A stretch of DNA of 64,000 nucleotides from Pseudomonadota bacterium. GTDB lineage: Bacteria > Bdellovibrionota > Bdellovibrionia > Bdellovibrionales > Bdellovibrionaceae. Position 1 is the stretch's first letter. Each line of letters opens with the position of its first letter. Made by a program: the position numbers and the translations under genes. The notes below the pieces were generated by a model. The model made no database searches. It was not told where the DNA came from and was given only the letters and a program-made list of their open reading frames with translations. Below, piece by piece: positions 37,233 to 47,154 of the stretch. The stretch lies in assembly GCA_041178425.1 (NCBI GenBank), contig JBEGVH010000016.1:128001-192000 (forward strand), in the 5' to 3' direction.

Positions 37233-38099
37233 AAGACTCGAATACATCGGACCGAAACCCGCTCGGTCCGGCAAGTATATCAACCCATGGTCGGTCACTT
37301 CAAAATTCGGGCCTCGATTTCTAATATCAGCGACCTTAGCCTCTTTTTTCTTTTTTAAGAATTTCTCGATAACTCCATCATTCTCCAAACGTGATATAGA
37401 GCAGGTTGAGTACATTAATCGCCCCCCGGGTTTCAACGCAAGCCACGCCGAACACAACAAGGAATATTGCTTCTGAGCTAGTCCTTTCGTTCGACTCTCT
37501 TTCCATTGGGAAAGCTCTTTTTCGTTTTCAATTAAATGCCTCTCCCCAGAGCAAGGTGCATCGAGCAAAATGGCATCAAAATAGCTCTGAATTTCCAAGC
37601 CCAAGCGGGTTCCATCTTTTCCCTTTACCCATATTTGATCTCGAATGTTTCTTGGAATGTATTGCTGAACAACTTTTTTTAGGCGTTCTCGACGATCCAT
37701 ACTCAGCTCATTAAGAACTAATTCACTGGTCGCCGATGGCTTATTAAATAGCGCTTGCGCCAAGACCAAACTCTTTCCACCAGGGGCAGCGCAAAGATCA
37801 AGAACTTTCTCACCAGGAACAACTGATAAATTATCCGCCACCAAAACGCTTGCTGGATCAAGCACGTAGTAGGCCAAAAGATCATTGTCCGCTCTGGGTA
37901 TAATTTCAGAGGTTACATGCCATTCGCAGTTTTTGATCCAAGACAAATGGGAACTTGCCCCACCGACTATATCCATTGCCAAGGAATTCCAGAGTCGAAC
38001 TTGTTTTTCAGACTGCAAAAGAGCCATTTTCAACGCTTCCCAGCGTTCTCCATAAAGGGCACCATAGTATCGATTAAATTCCTGTTGAATTACTCTCAT
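37209..38099 (-). CDS. RsmB/NOP family RNA m5C methyltransferase
   Basis: VLDLCAAPGGKS, DAPCSGE and YSTCS motifs. Confidence 0.95.
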   Translation of the reverse strand: MRVIQQEFNRYYGALYGERWEALKMALLQSEKQVRLWNSLAMDIVGGASSHLSWIKNCEWHVTSEIIPRADNDLLAYYVLDPASVLVADNLSVVPGEKVLDLCAAPGGKSLVLAQALFNKPSATSELVLNELSMDRRERLKKVVQQYIPRNIRDQIWVKGKDGTRLGLEIQSYFDAILLDAPCSGERHLIENEKELSQWKESRTKGLAQKQYSLLCSAWLALKPGGRLMYSTCSISRLENDGVIEKFLKKKKEAKVADIRNRGPNFEVTDHGLIYLPDRAGFGPMYSSLLIKTSDL

Positions 38100-38137
38100 C
38101 AAGCACCTATTTTTTTACTTTTGAGAAAGGAACTTCC

Positions 38138-40777
38138 ATGTCACAAGAACCAGTTAGACAGTATCTCAAAGATTACCGAGCTCCGGCCTTTGTCATATTA
38201 GAAACCCATCTCACGTTCGAAATACAAGAAAAAAAGACAATTGTAACTAACCAAATGAGACTGGAGAGAAAAGCGCCCGGCACATTAACGCTCACCGGAC
38301 CCGCTTCTGGTTGTCAGAGCCTCACACTTCACTCTAACGGTTCAACTTTGATTTGCAGAGAGGGGTCTGATTATTCTCTTAATGGAGAGACTCTGACTCT
38401 CAATACCTCATTAGACCGCTTTGAAATCGAAGTGGTTACTCACCTTGTCCCTAGCGAAAATACTGCTCTCATGGGGCTTTATCAAACTGGAACTGGCCTT
38501 TGCACTCAGTGCGAGCCCGAAGGCTTCAGAAACATCACTTTCTTTCTCGACCGGCCAGACGTTATGGCTCGTTATTCGACTACGATCATTGCTGACAAAA
38601 ACAAATACCCAATCCTCTTATCAAACGGCAACCGTATTTCGAAAAAAGATCTGACGGATGGCAGACATCAGGTAGAATGGCAGGATCCATTTCCTAAACC
38701 TAGCTATCTATTCGCAATCGTTGCAGGCGACTATGGTGTCATCAAAGATTCCTTCATTACGAAAAGCGGAAAAAAGGTAGAACTAGAGATTTACTGCGAA
38801 CACGGAAATGAATTCCAGTGCCATCATGCACTCGCGGCGTTAAAGCGCTCTATGAAATGGGATGAAGAAGCCTATGGGAGAGAGTACGATCTCGACCAGT
38901 ATCTCATTTTAGCGGTCGATGATTTTAATGGTGGAGCTATGGAAAACAAGGGTCTTAATATTTTTAATAGTCGCCTTGTTTTTGCCGATACTACAACGGC
39001 TACTGATGAAGACTTCGAACGGGTTGAAGCGGTCATTGCCCATGAGTATTTTCACAATTGGACCGGAAACAGAATTACGCTTCGCGATTGGTTTCAATTG
39101 AGCCTCAAAGAGGGTCTCACCGTTTTTCGAGAACAACACTATATGAGCGACATGGCCTCTGAAGCTCTCAAACGCATTGATGATGTAGAACTACTCCGTA
39201 ACAGACAGTATCCCGAAGACGCCGGGCCCAATGCCCATCCTGTTCGCCCCGAATCTGCTCTCGCAGTGGATAACTTCTATACGCTCACGGTGTACGAAAA
39301 AGGAGCGGAAGTTATTCGAGTTCTCAAGCAACTTCTAGGCGATGACCTTTTTAAAAAGGGAATGAATTATTATTTTGATAAACACGATGGCCAGTCTATC
39401 ACTATCGAAGATTTTTTAAACTGCTTCGAACACGTTTCTAAAAAGGACCTCGACGCTTTTAGCCGATGGTACTCTCAGGCGGGAACTCCCAAAGTCAGTG
39501 TCACTGAACAGTATGACGAAAACTCAAAAACGTACTCTCTTGAATTCAATCAATCTTGCTCACCTTCTCCTGGCCAGGATTCCAAACTGCCATTTGTCAT
39601 TCCAGTAAAATTAAGCCTCTTTTCACCAACTACAAAAAGAGCGATCAAACTGACACCAGATCAAACTGAAATTGTTTTGGAATTAACCAATCCTACGTTA
39701 AGTTGGTCGCTGAAAAATTGCGAAGAACGCCCTATTGCTTCCCTACTCCGTGGCATGACTGCACCAGTCAATCTTGAATGGAACCCTTCTATTGAAAACC
39801 TCGAGTTTCTAGCAACTCATGATAACGATGGTTTCAACCAATGGGAGAGTGTTCAAAAACTAGCTTTAAGAGAACTCACCAATATCTACCACCAAGTCTC
39901 CCAGGATAAACAAGTTAGTATTACCAATAATTATGTTACGCTTTTTGAAAAAATATTGCAATCTTCGCTCGAAAAACCAGAACTGACCTCACGATTACTT
40001 CAACTTCCCAGCCAAGATTACTTTTTACAAACTCTTCCTCTCGGATTTAATCCGGAGTCGCTCAGTCTGGCATTTGAACATTTGGAAAAAGAAATTTCTA
40101 CTCAATTGAATCAAAAATTATGGTTGATTGAAGAACAAATCAATAAGTTAGATAATCCTAATGATTACTCTTTTAAGGCCATGGGACTTCGTCAGTTGAG
40201 AAATACCCTTTGGCACCTACTCGGAAACCTTCCAAGCAATACGAGCCGCCTCGGAGATCGATACAACAACGCCAAATCAATGAATGAACAAGCTGGTCTT
40301 ATGGAGGCTCTAAACATTTTGCCTAGCAAAGAACGTTTTGATGCCTTCGAAAAATTTGAAAAAAAATGGCATGACAATTCTCTTGTTATGAACAAATGGC
40401 TCGCATGGCAGGCAAAATTTAATCACCATGATAATCTTTCAAGAGTCAAAGAATTGAGTCAATCCACTCATTTTAAAGCTTCTAACCCAAACAAGGTAAG
40501 ATCTCTTTATGGAGTGTTCGCCACTACTTGTTGGAGGGGATTTCACCGCAACGATGGTAAAGGTTATGAATTTTTTGGAGAAAAAATTCTCGAAGTTGAT
40601 GCCCTCAATCCCTCGACGGCAGCCCGCCTCTGCGCAGCCTTTGAGAATTGGTATCGTCTCGAGCCCCTACGCCAGTCATTAGTTCAAAAAGTTTTAGAAC
40701 GCCTAGTAGCCCAACCAAAACTTTCGAAGAATAGCTTTGAAATTTTGAAACGATCACTTGATTTTAAGTTACACTAA
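38138..40777 (+). CDS. pepN: Aminopeptidase N
   Basis: TQCEPEGFR, GAMENKGLNIFN, HEYFH...KEGLT, YEKGAEV and NPNKVRSL motifs. Confidence 0.98.
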   Translation: MSQEPVRQYLKDYRAPAFVILETHLTFEIQEKKTIVTNQMRLERKAPGTLTLTGPASGCQSLTLHSNGSTLICREGSDYSLNGETLTLNTSLDRFEIEVVTHLVPSENTALMGLYQTGTGLCTQCEPEGFRNITFFLDRPDVMARYSTTIIADKNKYPILLSNGNRISKKDLTDGRHQVEWQDPFPKPSYLFAIVAGDYGVIKDSFITKSGKKVELEIYCEHGNEFQCHHALAALKRSMKWDEEAYGREYDLDQYLILAVDDFNGGAMENKGLNIFNSRLVFADTTTATDEDFERVEAVIAHEYFHNWTGNRITLRDWFQLSLKEGLTVFREQHYMSDMASEALKRIDDVELLRNRQYPEDAGPNAHPVRPESALAVDNFYTLTVYEKGAEVIRVLKQLLGDDLFKKGMNYYFDKHDGQSITIEDFLNCFEHVSKKDLDAFSRWYSQAGTPKVSVTEQYDENSKTYSLEFNQSCSPSPGQDSKLPFVIPVKLSLFSPTTKRAIKLTPDQTEIVLELTNPTLSWSLKNCEERPIASLLRGMTAPVNLEWNPSIENLEFLATHDNDGFNQWESVQKLALRELTNIYHQVSQDKQVSITNNYVTLFEKILQSSLEKPELTSRLLQLPSQDYFLQTLPLGFNPESLSLAFEHLEKEISTQLNQKLWLIEEQINKLDNPNDYSFKAMGLRQLRNTLWHLLGNLPSNTSRLGDRYNNAKSMNEQAGLMEALNILPSKERFDAFEKFEKKWHDNSLVMNKWLAWQAKFNHHDNLSRVKELSQSTHFKASNPNKVRSLYGVFATTCWRGFHRNDGKGYEFFGEKILEVDALNPSTAARLCAAFENWYRLEPLRQSLVQKVLERLVAQPKLSKNSFEILKRSLDFKLH

Positions 40778-40780
40778 ACA

Positions 40781-40814
40781 AAAAGGGCTGGTTTTTAAGG
40801 CCAGCCCTTTCTTT
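40781..40814. terminator. Bidirectional terminator between convergent genes
   Basis: AAAGGGCTGG...CCAGCCCTTT stem flanked by A and T tracts. Confidence 0.85.
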
Positions 40815-40829
40815 AAGATTTTCTACAAA

Positions 40830-41981
40830 CTACTCTTTTGGGCAACCATAGCGAAATCGAACCTTACTGCTAGCGTCAAGATTCCTATCGAAAAGAACCC
40901 TTCGCCCTTCTAAATGGTAACCAGTTCGAGCCGACTCCGGAATAAACGTCACTTGAAAGTCGATCGGGTTCTCGCAATGTAAGCCAAAATATTCTACTTG
41001 TTTCACAATGGCCGCACCGATTTCACCCATTTGCGATCCATAATCAGTGTCACACACATTTCCAATCACGCCACCTGTTAATTTCGAAAGCTGTTCGTAG
41101 ACAGTTCCGTACTGACCCTTTACTAATCCATTCATCTGGGCATTTTGAGCATTCAAACAAGCTGTATCATTTGACCTAACAACGATGGAATGAACAGAAA
41201 GAGACTTACTCGGATATTTATTTGCAACAGAATTGATCAATGTTTGAGGTTGATCTTCTGATGTCAGCGCGTAGCTACTACTCGCGTCGGTTAAGCCCCA
41301 AGAACGTTCGTTTTCATCGGAGATAACAACAATAGCCAGGTGTGATTTATCACGAATAAACTGATCGGCATTGTTATTGACTGCTCGCAGGGCTGCCACG
41401 ATTCCTCTTTCATCTCCCGAAGGACAATTATTATAATACCCTTGCTGATACTCAGCACTTGATTGTCTAACTCCCGCAGCAAAGGAATCCTGAATGAACT
41501 TTTCACATTGTAAAGTTTCTGGTCTCGCCATCGACTCCAAGAACAAATTAGATTTACCTGAAGTATTAGGCTCAAGAAATTTTGTGGAATTAGAAAACGA
41601 AATCAATCGACCATTTTGAAGTGCACCATTCTGATTAATAGCCCGAGGGGGGTTACTAGCACTCGAAATGTCGGTAGTTGTGATTCCAATCCGATAATCC
41701 AACATTCGATCATCGAGCTTTTTCAAAAAGGTAGGAAATCTCGAAGATATTTTATTTTGTTCGAAAGACATTGAACCAGAGTTATCATCGACAAAAAGGA
41801 TATCAACCATTCCACCACTGATAAAGATCGTCTCATCAAAGGAACAAGCTCCTGTATCACTCATACATTTAGTGCTAATTCCTTTTTCAAAGTCGCCCTT
41901 TGAGCAACCGATGAGACCCACGACAGCGCCGCCAACAAGAATAAGATTGATAAAATTTCGGGCTGTAAGGCTTGCAAACAT
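40830..41981 (-). CDS. VWA/MIDAS-type lipoprotein
   Basis: Lipobox LIGC; VDILFVDDNSGSM (DxSxS), IGITTTD, VISDENE. SD GGGAGGA before ATG 41981. Confidence 0.85.
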   Translation of the reverse strand: MFASLTARNFINLILVGGAVVGLIGCSKGDFEKGISTKCMSDTGACSFDETIFISGGMVDILFVDDNSGSMSFEQNKISSRFPTFLKKLDDRMLDYRIGITTTDISSASNPPRAINQNGALQNGRLISFSNSTKFLEPNTSGKSNLFLESMARPETLQCEKFIQDSFAAGVRQSSAEYQQGYYNNCPSGDERGIVAALRAVNNNADQFIRDKSHLAIVVISDENERSWGLTDASSSYALTSEDQPQTLINSVANKYPSKSLSVHSIVVRSNDTACLNAQNAQMNGLVKGQYGTVYEQLSKLTGGVIGNVCDTDYGSQMGEIGAAIVKQVEYFGLHCENPIDFQVTFIPESARTGYHLEGRRVLFDRNLDASSKVRFRYGCPKE

Positions 41982-42009
41982 TGTCACGGGTCCTCCCAAA
42001 GGTAGGTAT

Positions 42010-42025
42010 TACAAGGGGCATGCCA
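42010..42025 (-). promoter_or_regulatory. Putative sigma54 promoter (variant -12 TTGT)
   Basis: Minus strand reads TGGCAT-GCCCC-TTGTA. Confidence 0.55.
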
Positions 42026-42123
42026 ACAAAAGCCCTCCTCAAACCCGTATCAAAATGATTTAGTTGCCTATTGAAGTGACAAATTGTTTGACAGATGTAG
42101 AGTGTCCAACGCATTGATGGGGT

Positions 42124-43422
42124 ATGACCCAAATTTTTTCTGATATTCCACGCCCTATCGCAATTGTTGGTTTAGGCATTACGGGAACCGCTGTTCAGAA
42201 TCTTCTAATGGCCGGGGGTGTACCATCTTCAGAAATTTTTACCTTTGACGAAAAATCCCCCCGAGCCAATTTCAAGGAATCCCAACGACTAATGACTGAG
42301 ATTGCTCCCAAAACACTCGTGGTTTCGCCAGGAATTCCTCTTGCGAGTGATTGGATTCAAACGGCCAAAAAAAACGGCATCTACATTACCAGTGAATTGA
42401 GTCTTGCTTATCGACTTTTGAGTTCTGAAAAGGTGATTTCTATTACAGGCTCTGTGGGTAAAAGTACTACCACGTGTCTATTGAGAGCTGCATTGGAGCA
42501 ATTTTCCTCCTCTTTTTTTGTTGGGGGAAATCTTGGAATCCCATTGGCCATATATGCTACAGATTTATTAAACAGAAAAAGATCGACCGCCGATTGGGTT
42601 GTTCTTGAGCTGTCTAGCTACCAGCTTGAAAACTTTCCCGAATTAAAATCTGAATTTAGTGTAATTACCCATCTTACCTCTAACCATTTGGAACGATATC
42701 CGAGCAAGGAAGAGTACTTTCAAACGAAGTGGAACTTAGAGAACCATACTAAATCGTATTTTGTTTTAAATAAAAATGGTGGCGAACTACAAAGCTGGGC
42801 AACAACGAAGGTTCCTAAAACACCTTGGATTTGGACCGATCGAAATAGCATTGCAGTAAATCAACATCGCCTCAATGATTGCCAACTTTTAGGCTCTCAT
42901 AATCTCGATAATATCGCTCTTGCGGCTGAAATCGTGCAACAAGCCAAGTGGCCAAAGTCTGCCTTTTTGGGTCTTAAAGAATTCTCGGGCCTCGCGCATC
43001 GTGTAGAAAACTTGGGAGTCAAATTGGGCGTACGCTATATTAACGATAGTAAAGCCACAACAATGGAAAGCGTTCGAATTGCGGTGGCTAGCGTTCTCGA
43101 GTCTATGGAAAGCAATCAAAAGCTCCACTTATTGCTAGGAGGAAAGGATAAAAATCTTCCTTGGGAAGAGCTTTCTTTTTTAAGTAACAATTCTCAAATA
43201 CAATTCTACTTTTTTGGCCAATGCAGAGGTATCGCCCAAACTAAGAGTTTACTTAACGGCCAATCCTACGAAGCGATGATCGCAGCTTGCGACTCTGCGA
43301 GAAAAAACGCCAAACCAGGAGATTCGGTTTTACTAAGTCCTGGAGGAACGAGCCTCGATGAATTCAAGAACTTTGAACACAGAGGCGATATATTTAAAGA
43401 GTTCGTATCGAATATTAAATAG
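42124..43422 (+). CDS. murD: UDP-N-acetylmuramoyl-L-alanine--D-glutamate ligase
   Basis: VVSPGI, ITGSVGKSTT, ELSSYQLE, NDSKAT, LGGKDK and LLSPG..S.D.F.NFE.RG motifs. Confidence 0.97.
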   Translation: MTQIFSDIPRPIAIVGLGITGTAVQNLLMAGGVPSSEIFTFDEKSPRANFKESQRLMTEIAPKTLVVSPGIPLASDWIQTAKKNGIYITSELSLAYRLLSSEKVISITGSVGKSTTTCLLRAALEQFSSSFFVGGNLGIPLAIYATDLLNRKRSTADWVVLELSSYQLENFPELKSEFSVITHLTSNHLERYPSKEEYFQTKWNLENHTKSYFVLNKNGGELQSWATTKVPKTPWIWTDRNSIAVNQHRLNDCQLLGSHNLDNIALAAEIVQQAKWPKSAFLGLKEFSGLAHRVENLGVKLGVRYINDSKATTMESVRIAVASVLESMESNQKLHLLLGGKDKNLPWEELSFLSNNSQIQFYFFGQCRGIAQTKSLLNGQSYEAMIAACDSARKNAKPGDSVLLSPGGTSLDEFKNFEHRGDIFKEFVSNIK

Positions 43423-43432
43423 CGAGCTACAA

Positions 43433-43645
43433 CTATTGTTTCTTATCTGGATAGTCGCTGCCAATACCATCCCAGATCTGCCCCCAACGCTTGATAATGA
43501 CTCCCGGATTATCGCCATAAGCCGTTAGACTCTTGACCAAGATATTTCCGATGGTCAAACCAATCATCAGCAAGAGAACATATTCAATGAGAATCTGACC
43601 AGACTGGTTTCGATGCGAAATGCCCTTTGAACTCGATGCACTCAT
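43433..43645 (-). CDS. Flp/TadE-like small pilin or pseudopilin
   Basis: Class III prepilin motif NQSG|QILIEYVLLL with Glu+5/Tyr+6 and a hydrophobic helix. Confidence 0.75.
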   Translation of the reverse strand: MSASSSKGISHRNQSGQILIEYVLLLMIGLTIGNILVKSLTAYGDNPGVIIKRWGQIWDGIGSDYPDKKQ

Positions 43646-43654
43646 GCCCTTCGC

Positions 43655-44113
43655 CTATAATATTTCAGGCGCCAAGCCTATACGAAGTGGCGCAGAACGA
43701 ATTACTTCAGCCAAACTCTCAGCGTCCCAGCGTTTAAAAATGCCGGACAGCTCATCCATGAGCTGACCAACATTATCTTCAATTACGGGTGCCAAAAGGC
43801 CAAACACGCACTCTCTTTCTTCACGTGCCATCGCAAAGTTACTAGGCGCCACCGACTTTCCTTCAAAGGCTTTTTGAAAGCTATCCTCGGTGGGGTAGAT
43901 CATAATTAGCAGAGTCTTTTCGCTTTTTTTTGCGATGTCTTTGTAGTGATTGAGTGCTTCTTTAAAGTGGTCCTGGAGCATGAAATAAATTTTCAATGCA
44001 TAACTCTCATGAAATTGAACAAAATAAATTCGAATGGGACCGTCAAAAATAGCAGAGTTGAATGCCGGATGATAAAATTTCGAATTTGTAATTGCCGAAA
44101 ATCCAGGCGTCAT
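43655..44113 (-). CDS. Hypothetical protein
   Basis: 152-aa ORF with SD GGAG, 9 nt upstream of the pilin-like gene. Confidence 0.8.
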   Translation of the reverse strand: MTPGFSAITNSKFYHPAFNSAIFDGPIRIYFVQFHESYALKIYFMLQDHFKEALNHYKDIAKKSEKTLLIMIYPTEDSFQKAFEGKSVAPSNFAMAREERECVFGLLAPVIEDNVGQLMDELSGIFKRWDAESLAEVIRSAPLRIGLAPEIL

Positions 44114-44233
44114 ATTCTAACTCCATTTTTTGGTCTCAACCCTAAGCCTAGAAATAGCGGGTCTAGATAGGCAATGAGTTTTTTTAAGAAAATGTAAGAT
44201 TTTAATTATGTTTCATTTTTCAAATGGGTTTAA

Positions 44234-44249
44234 CTAGACCTTGGTCTAG
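44234..44249. promoter_or_regulatory. Perfect palindrome, candidate operator
   Basis: CTAGACC-TT-GGTCTAG in a divergent intergenic region. Confidence 0.45.
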
Positions 44250-44323
44250 AATCATGAAAGCATTATGACTAAATAAAACTAGTCTGACATGTATTGATTG
44301 GTTCGATCAACAAGGGGGACCTC

Positions 44324-45607
44324 TTGAAAAACAGCAAAGCAAAGATGATGAATAAAAGAACCCAGGCCATTCACGGAAAGTACACCACTTCCGCTTGGCA
44401 ATTTGATAAGCACCTTATCCCGCCATTGACCTCTTCGACCACTTTTCGATTAGAGAGCCTCGAACGAGGCGCCCAAGGATTTATAGAATTTGCCGATGGC
44501 TCCACGAGCGAAAAACCAATTCTTATTTATGATCGACTCGATGAGCCATCAACCTTGATGCTTGAGGAGCAACTCGCCCAAATGGAGTCTGCAGCTTGCG
44601 CCGTCAGCTTTGGCAGTGGAATGGGAGCTATCAGTGCAGCCCTTATGGCCACTGCAAAGAGTGGCGATGAAGTACTCGCTCATCGCACCCTTTACGGTTG
44701 CACTTACTCTCTTCTTAGTAATTGGCTCCCGCGACTTGGAATTCAAACAAATTTTGTGAACCTCAATGATCCCTCGGTGTCTAAATTGCTAAAAAATAAA
44801 CGTGTGCGCGTCATTTACTGCGAATCCGTTTCAAATCCGTCACTTGAAATTATCGATCTCATTAAACTAGTTGCCCTCGTGAAGGCTGAAAACAAAACAC
44901 GCCCCAAAGCCGAAAAGATTAACATTATTGTCGATAACACATTTGCAACGCCATGGGGAATGCGACCGCTCGACTTAGGTGTTGATTTTGTCGTGCAAAG
45001 CCTGACGAAAAATATCTGTGGATTCGGAACCGAAATGGGAGGAGCAATCCTCGCTCGAAGCTCCTCTTTTGCTCACCAGCTAAAAATGATTCGAAAAGAT
45101 TTTGGTGGTATCATTCATCCATGGTCAGCATGGCATATTTTGGTCTATGGAATTTCGACGCAGGCTCTGCGATTCGAACAACAACAAAAAAATGCAATGA
45201 CTGTGGCACAATTTCTCGCAGAGCATCCCAAGGTGGAGCTCGTCGTCTATCCTGGCCTCACTAGCCATCCTCAGCACAAATTAGCTAAAACACTTCTTCA
45301 GTCTCCCGAAGGAAAATTCTCACCTGGGTTTATGATTAGCTTTCGCCTTAAGGGCGATGACAAGACCTGCGCACGTTTCGTCAATGATATCGCCAAGAAC
45401 TCCTACACCATAACACTGGCCGTCAGTCTCGGCCTTACCAAGACATTGATTGAAGTACCAGGATTTATGACCCACTCAGCGATTCCTAGTAAAAAACAAA
45501 AAGAAACTAATCTCAATCCAAGGGATATTCGCCTTAGTGTTGGACTAGAGTCTATCGAAGATCTTATTGACGATCTCGAAAAGGCTCTAGGAAAATTAAA
45601 GGTATAA
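44324..45607 (+). CDS. PLP-dependent Cys/Met metabolism enzyme, methionine gamma-lyase-like
   Basis: SGMGAI, LYGCT (Cys typical of MGL), VDNTFATP, PLP-Lys SLTK, AVSLG, IRLSVGLE. TTG 44324 follows AAGGGGG. Confidence 0.9.
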   Translation: MKNSKAKMMNKRTQAIHGKYTTSAWQFDKHLIPPLTSSTTFRLESLERGAQGFIEFADGSTSEKPILIYDRLDEPSTLMLEEQLAQMESAACAVSFGSGMGAISAALMATAKSGDEVLAHRTLYGCTYSLLSNWLPRLGIQTNFVNLNDPSVSKLLKNKRVRVIYCESVSNPSLEIIDLIKLVALVKAENKTRPKAEKINIIVDNTFATPWGMRPLDLGVDFVVQSLTKNICGFGTEMGGAILARSSSFAHQLKMIRKDFGGIIHPWSAWHILVYGISTQALRFEQQQKNAMTVAQFLAEHPKVELVVYPGLTSHPQHKLAKTLLQSPEGKFSPGFMISFRLKGDDKTCARFVNDIAKNSYTITLAVSLGLTKTLIEVPGFMTHSAIPSKKQKETNLNPRDIRLSVGLESIEDLIDDLEKALGKLKV

Positions 45608-47154
45608 TGTTTGAAACAATTGTCTTATTGCTCTTTTTAAATCTAAATTCAATGGCGCTTCCCCTTGAAGATCAGTGCTCAATAGCACACGGAGAGCTCA
45701 GGGGAAGAGGCTGTTACTGCTCCTTTCTAGGAATATACATAGACCCTTTCAAGGATTACTGCTTTCCGGTAAAACTTAACCAGGCCCTAAATGAAGTACA
45801 AACACTAACGGGTAAGAAATGTCAGTGGGATCCAAACAACCAAATTAAAATAAAAGACTCCCTCATCTCCAAGGATCGCACCGAATTCTGCAGTGATCCC
45901 TCAAAAATTCTCTGTGATGAACGGTATAATCCCCTGATGATTAAAACCAAAGAAGCTGAAACCAATTTTGATTTACTGAAACGAAAGATTGAGGGAACTC
46001 AAAAAATTAAAAATTACATCGCATCCCAATCTGCAGGCGAACTTCAACGATGCTCCCAACTTAAACTCGATGCCTGGAGAAAATGTCAGTCTTTAATTGA
46101 AGATCAATTAGAAAAAGAACTCTATTCCCCTCAGAGAAAACAGCGCGCTCGAGAGATTTTTCTACAGGCCAGGAGTTCTATAGTTGCGGTTCTAAAAGAA
46201 AAGAAAAAGCAAATTGAGCAATCAGGTCCGTCCGAAAGCCTACCCACGATCAACCAGATGATTGAATCCGTTGAGGAAACAGAAATTCATTTTGGCCCTT
46301 TTATCGAAAAAGATCCCACAACATTCAATGTTTCTCTTAAGGCCATGATCCCTTCAAAAGCCCAAAAATGGGCAGAATCTGATTTGGATCAAAATTATCG
46401 AAATACTCTTTATTTAGAGGGAATGATTCTCTATGCCGATGAGGCTCCGGAGGCCCTGCTCGCGGCTTTTGTCGGTGAATTAGCGCATATTGTTGGCCCC
46501 GGAAGCAGTCGATTTTCGATCAATAAAGCAAGCCCGCGAAATCCATTTTTAACCGAATTAAACTGTCTCAAAAGCAAGGTCTCTATCAATGCTCAACCGG
46601 GAGATGCCAATTGCTATCAAAAATTAGCTCAAAAATATAAATCGATTGATCCCCGCAAAGCTGAGAGCCTAAATGCCACCGCCCAAAATATCAATCGTAA
46701 CCCTGAAATGGCCTGGTCGTCTCCAATCCTAGACACAACAGAAAAATGTCAAATGGGTCAAACAGATGAAGCTTTCACTGACTGGCTAGCTACAGAGGCC
46801 TTTGCCCTACAAGATATTAATTCGCCAGAAGGCCTTAACAAAGAGAAGGCCTCTATCAACAAATCACTCATTCTCTTGCAGGAACAATTGGTCTCTTCAA
46901 AAAGAATTCTCGGTTTCATCGCTAGACGATGCAATAATCTTCCAATTGAAAAAAACGAAGATTTGAAAGGTGATTCACGTCTGAAGGCTTTAGATCAGCT
47001 CAACTCAATACTTTTAAATCATCCTAAAATCAGAACGACCATTGGTTGTGAACCGACCCAACGACCGACTGTGCCCACGGCAAACAATCAAGAGTCTCCT
47101 AAACCCAGCTATTGTGGACACCAATTGAACCCTCCAACAGGGTTGAATAAATGA
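45607..47154 (+). CDS. Secreted Cys-rich protein, degenerate zincin-like
   Basis: Signal peptide; GELAH in place of HExxH, downstream EAFTDW; start overlaps the upstream TAA. Confidence 0.75.
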   Translation: MFETIVLLLFLNLNSMALPLEDQCSIAHGELRGRGCYCSFLGIYIDPFKDYCFPVKLNQALNEVQTLTGKKCQWDPNNQIKIKDSLISKDRTEFCSDPSKILCDERYNPLMIKTKEAETNFDLLKRKIEGTQKIKNYIASQSAGELQRCSQLKLDAWRKCQSLIEDQLEKELYSPQRKQRAREIFLQARSSIVAVLKEKKKQIEQSGPSESLPTINQMIESVEETEIHFGPFIEKDPTTFNVSLKAMIPSKAQKWAESDLDQNYRNTLYLEGMILYADEAPEALLAAFVGELAHIVGPGSSRFSINKASPRNPFLTELNCLKSKVSINAQPGDANCYQKLAQKYKSIDPRKAESLNATAQNINRNPEMAWSSPILDTTEKCQMGQTDEAFTDWLATEAFALQDINSPEGLNKEKASINKSLILLQEQLVSSKRILGFIARRCNNLPIEKNEDLKGDSRLKALDQLNSILLNHPKIRTTIGCEPTQRPTVPTANNQESPKPSYCGHQLNPPTGLNK

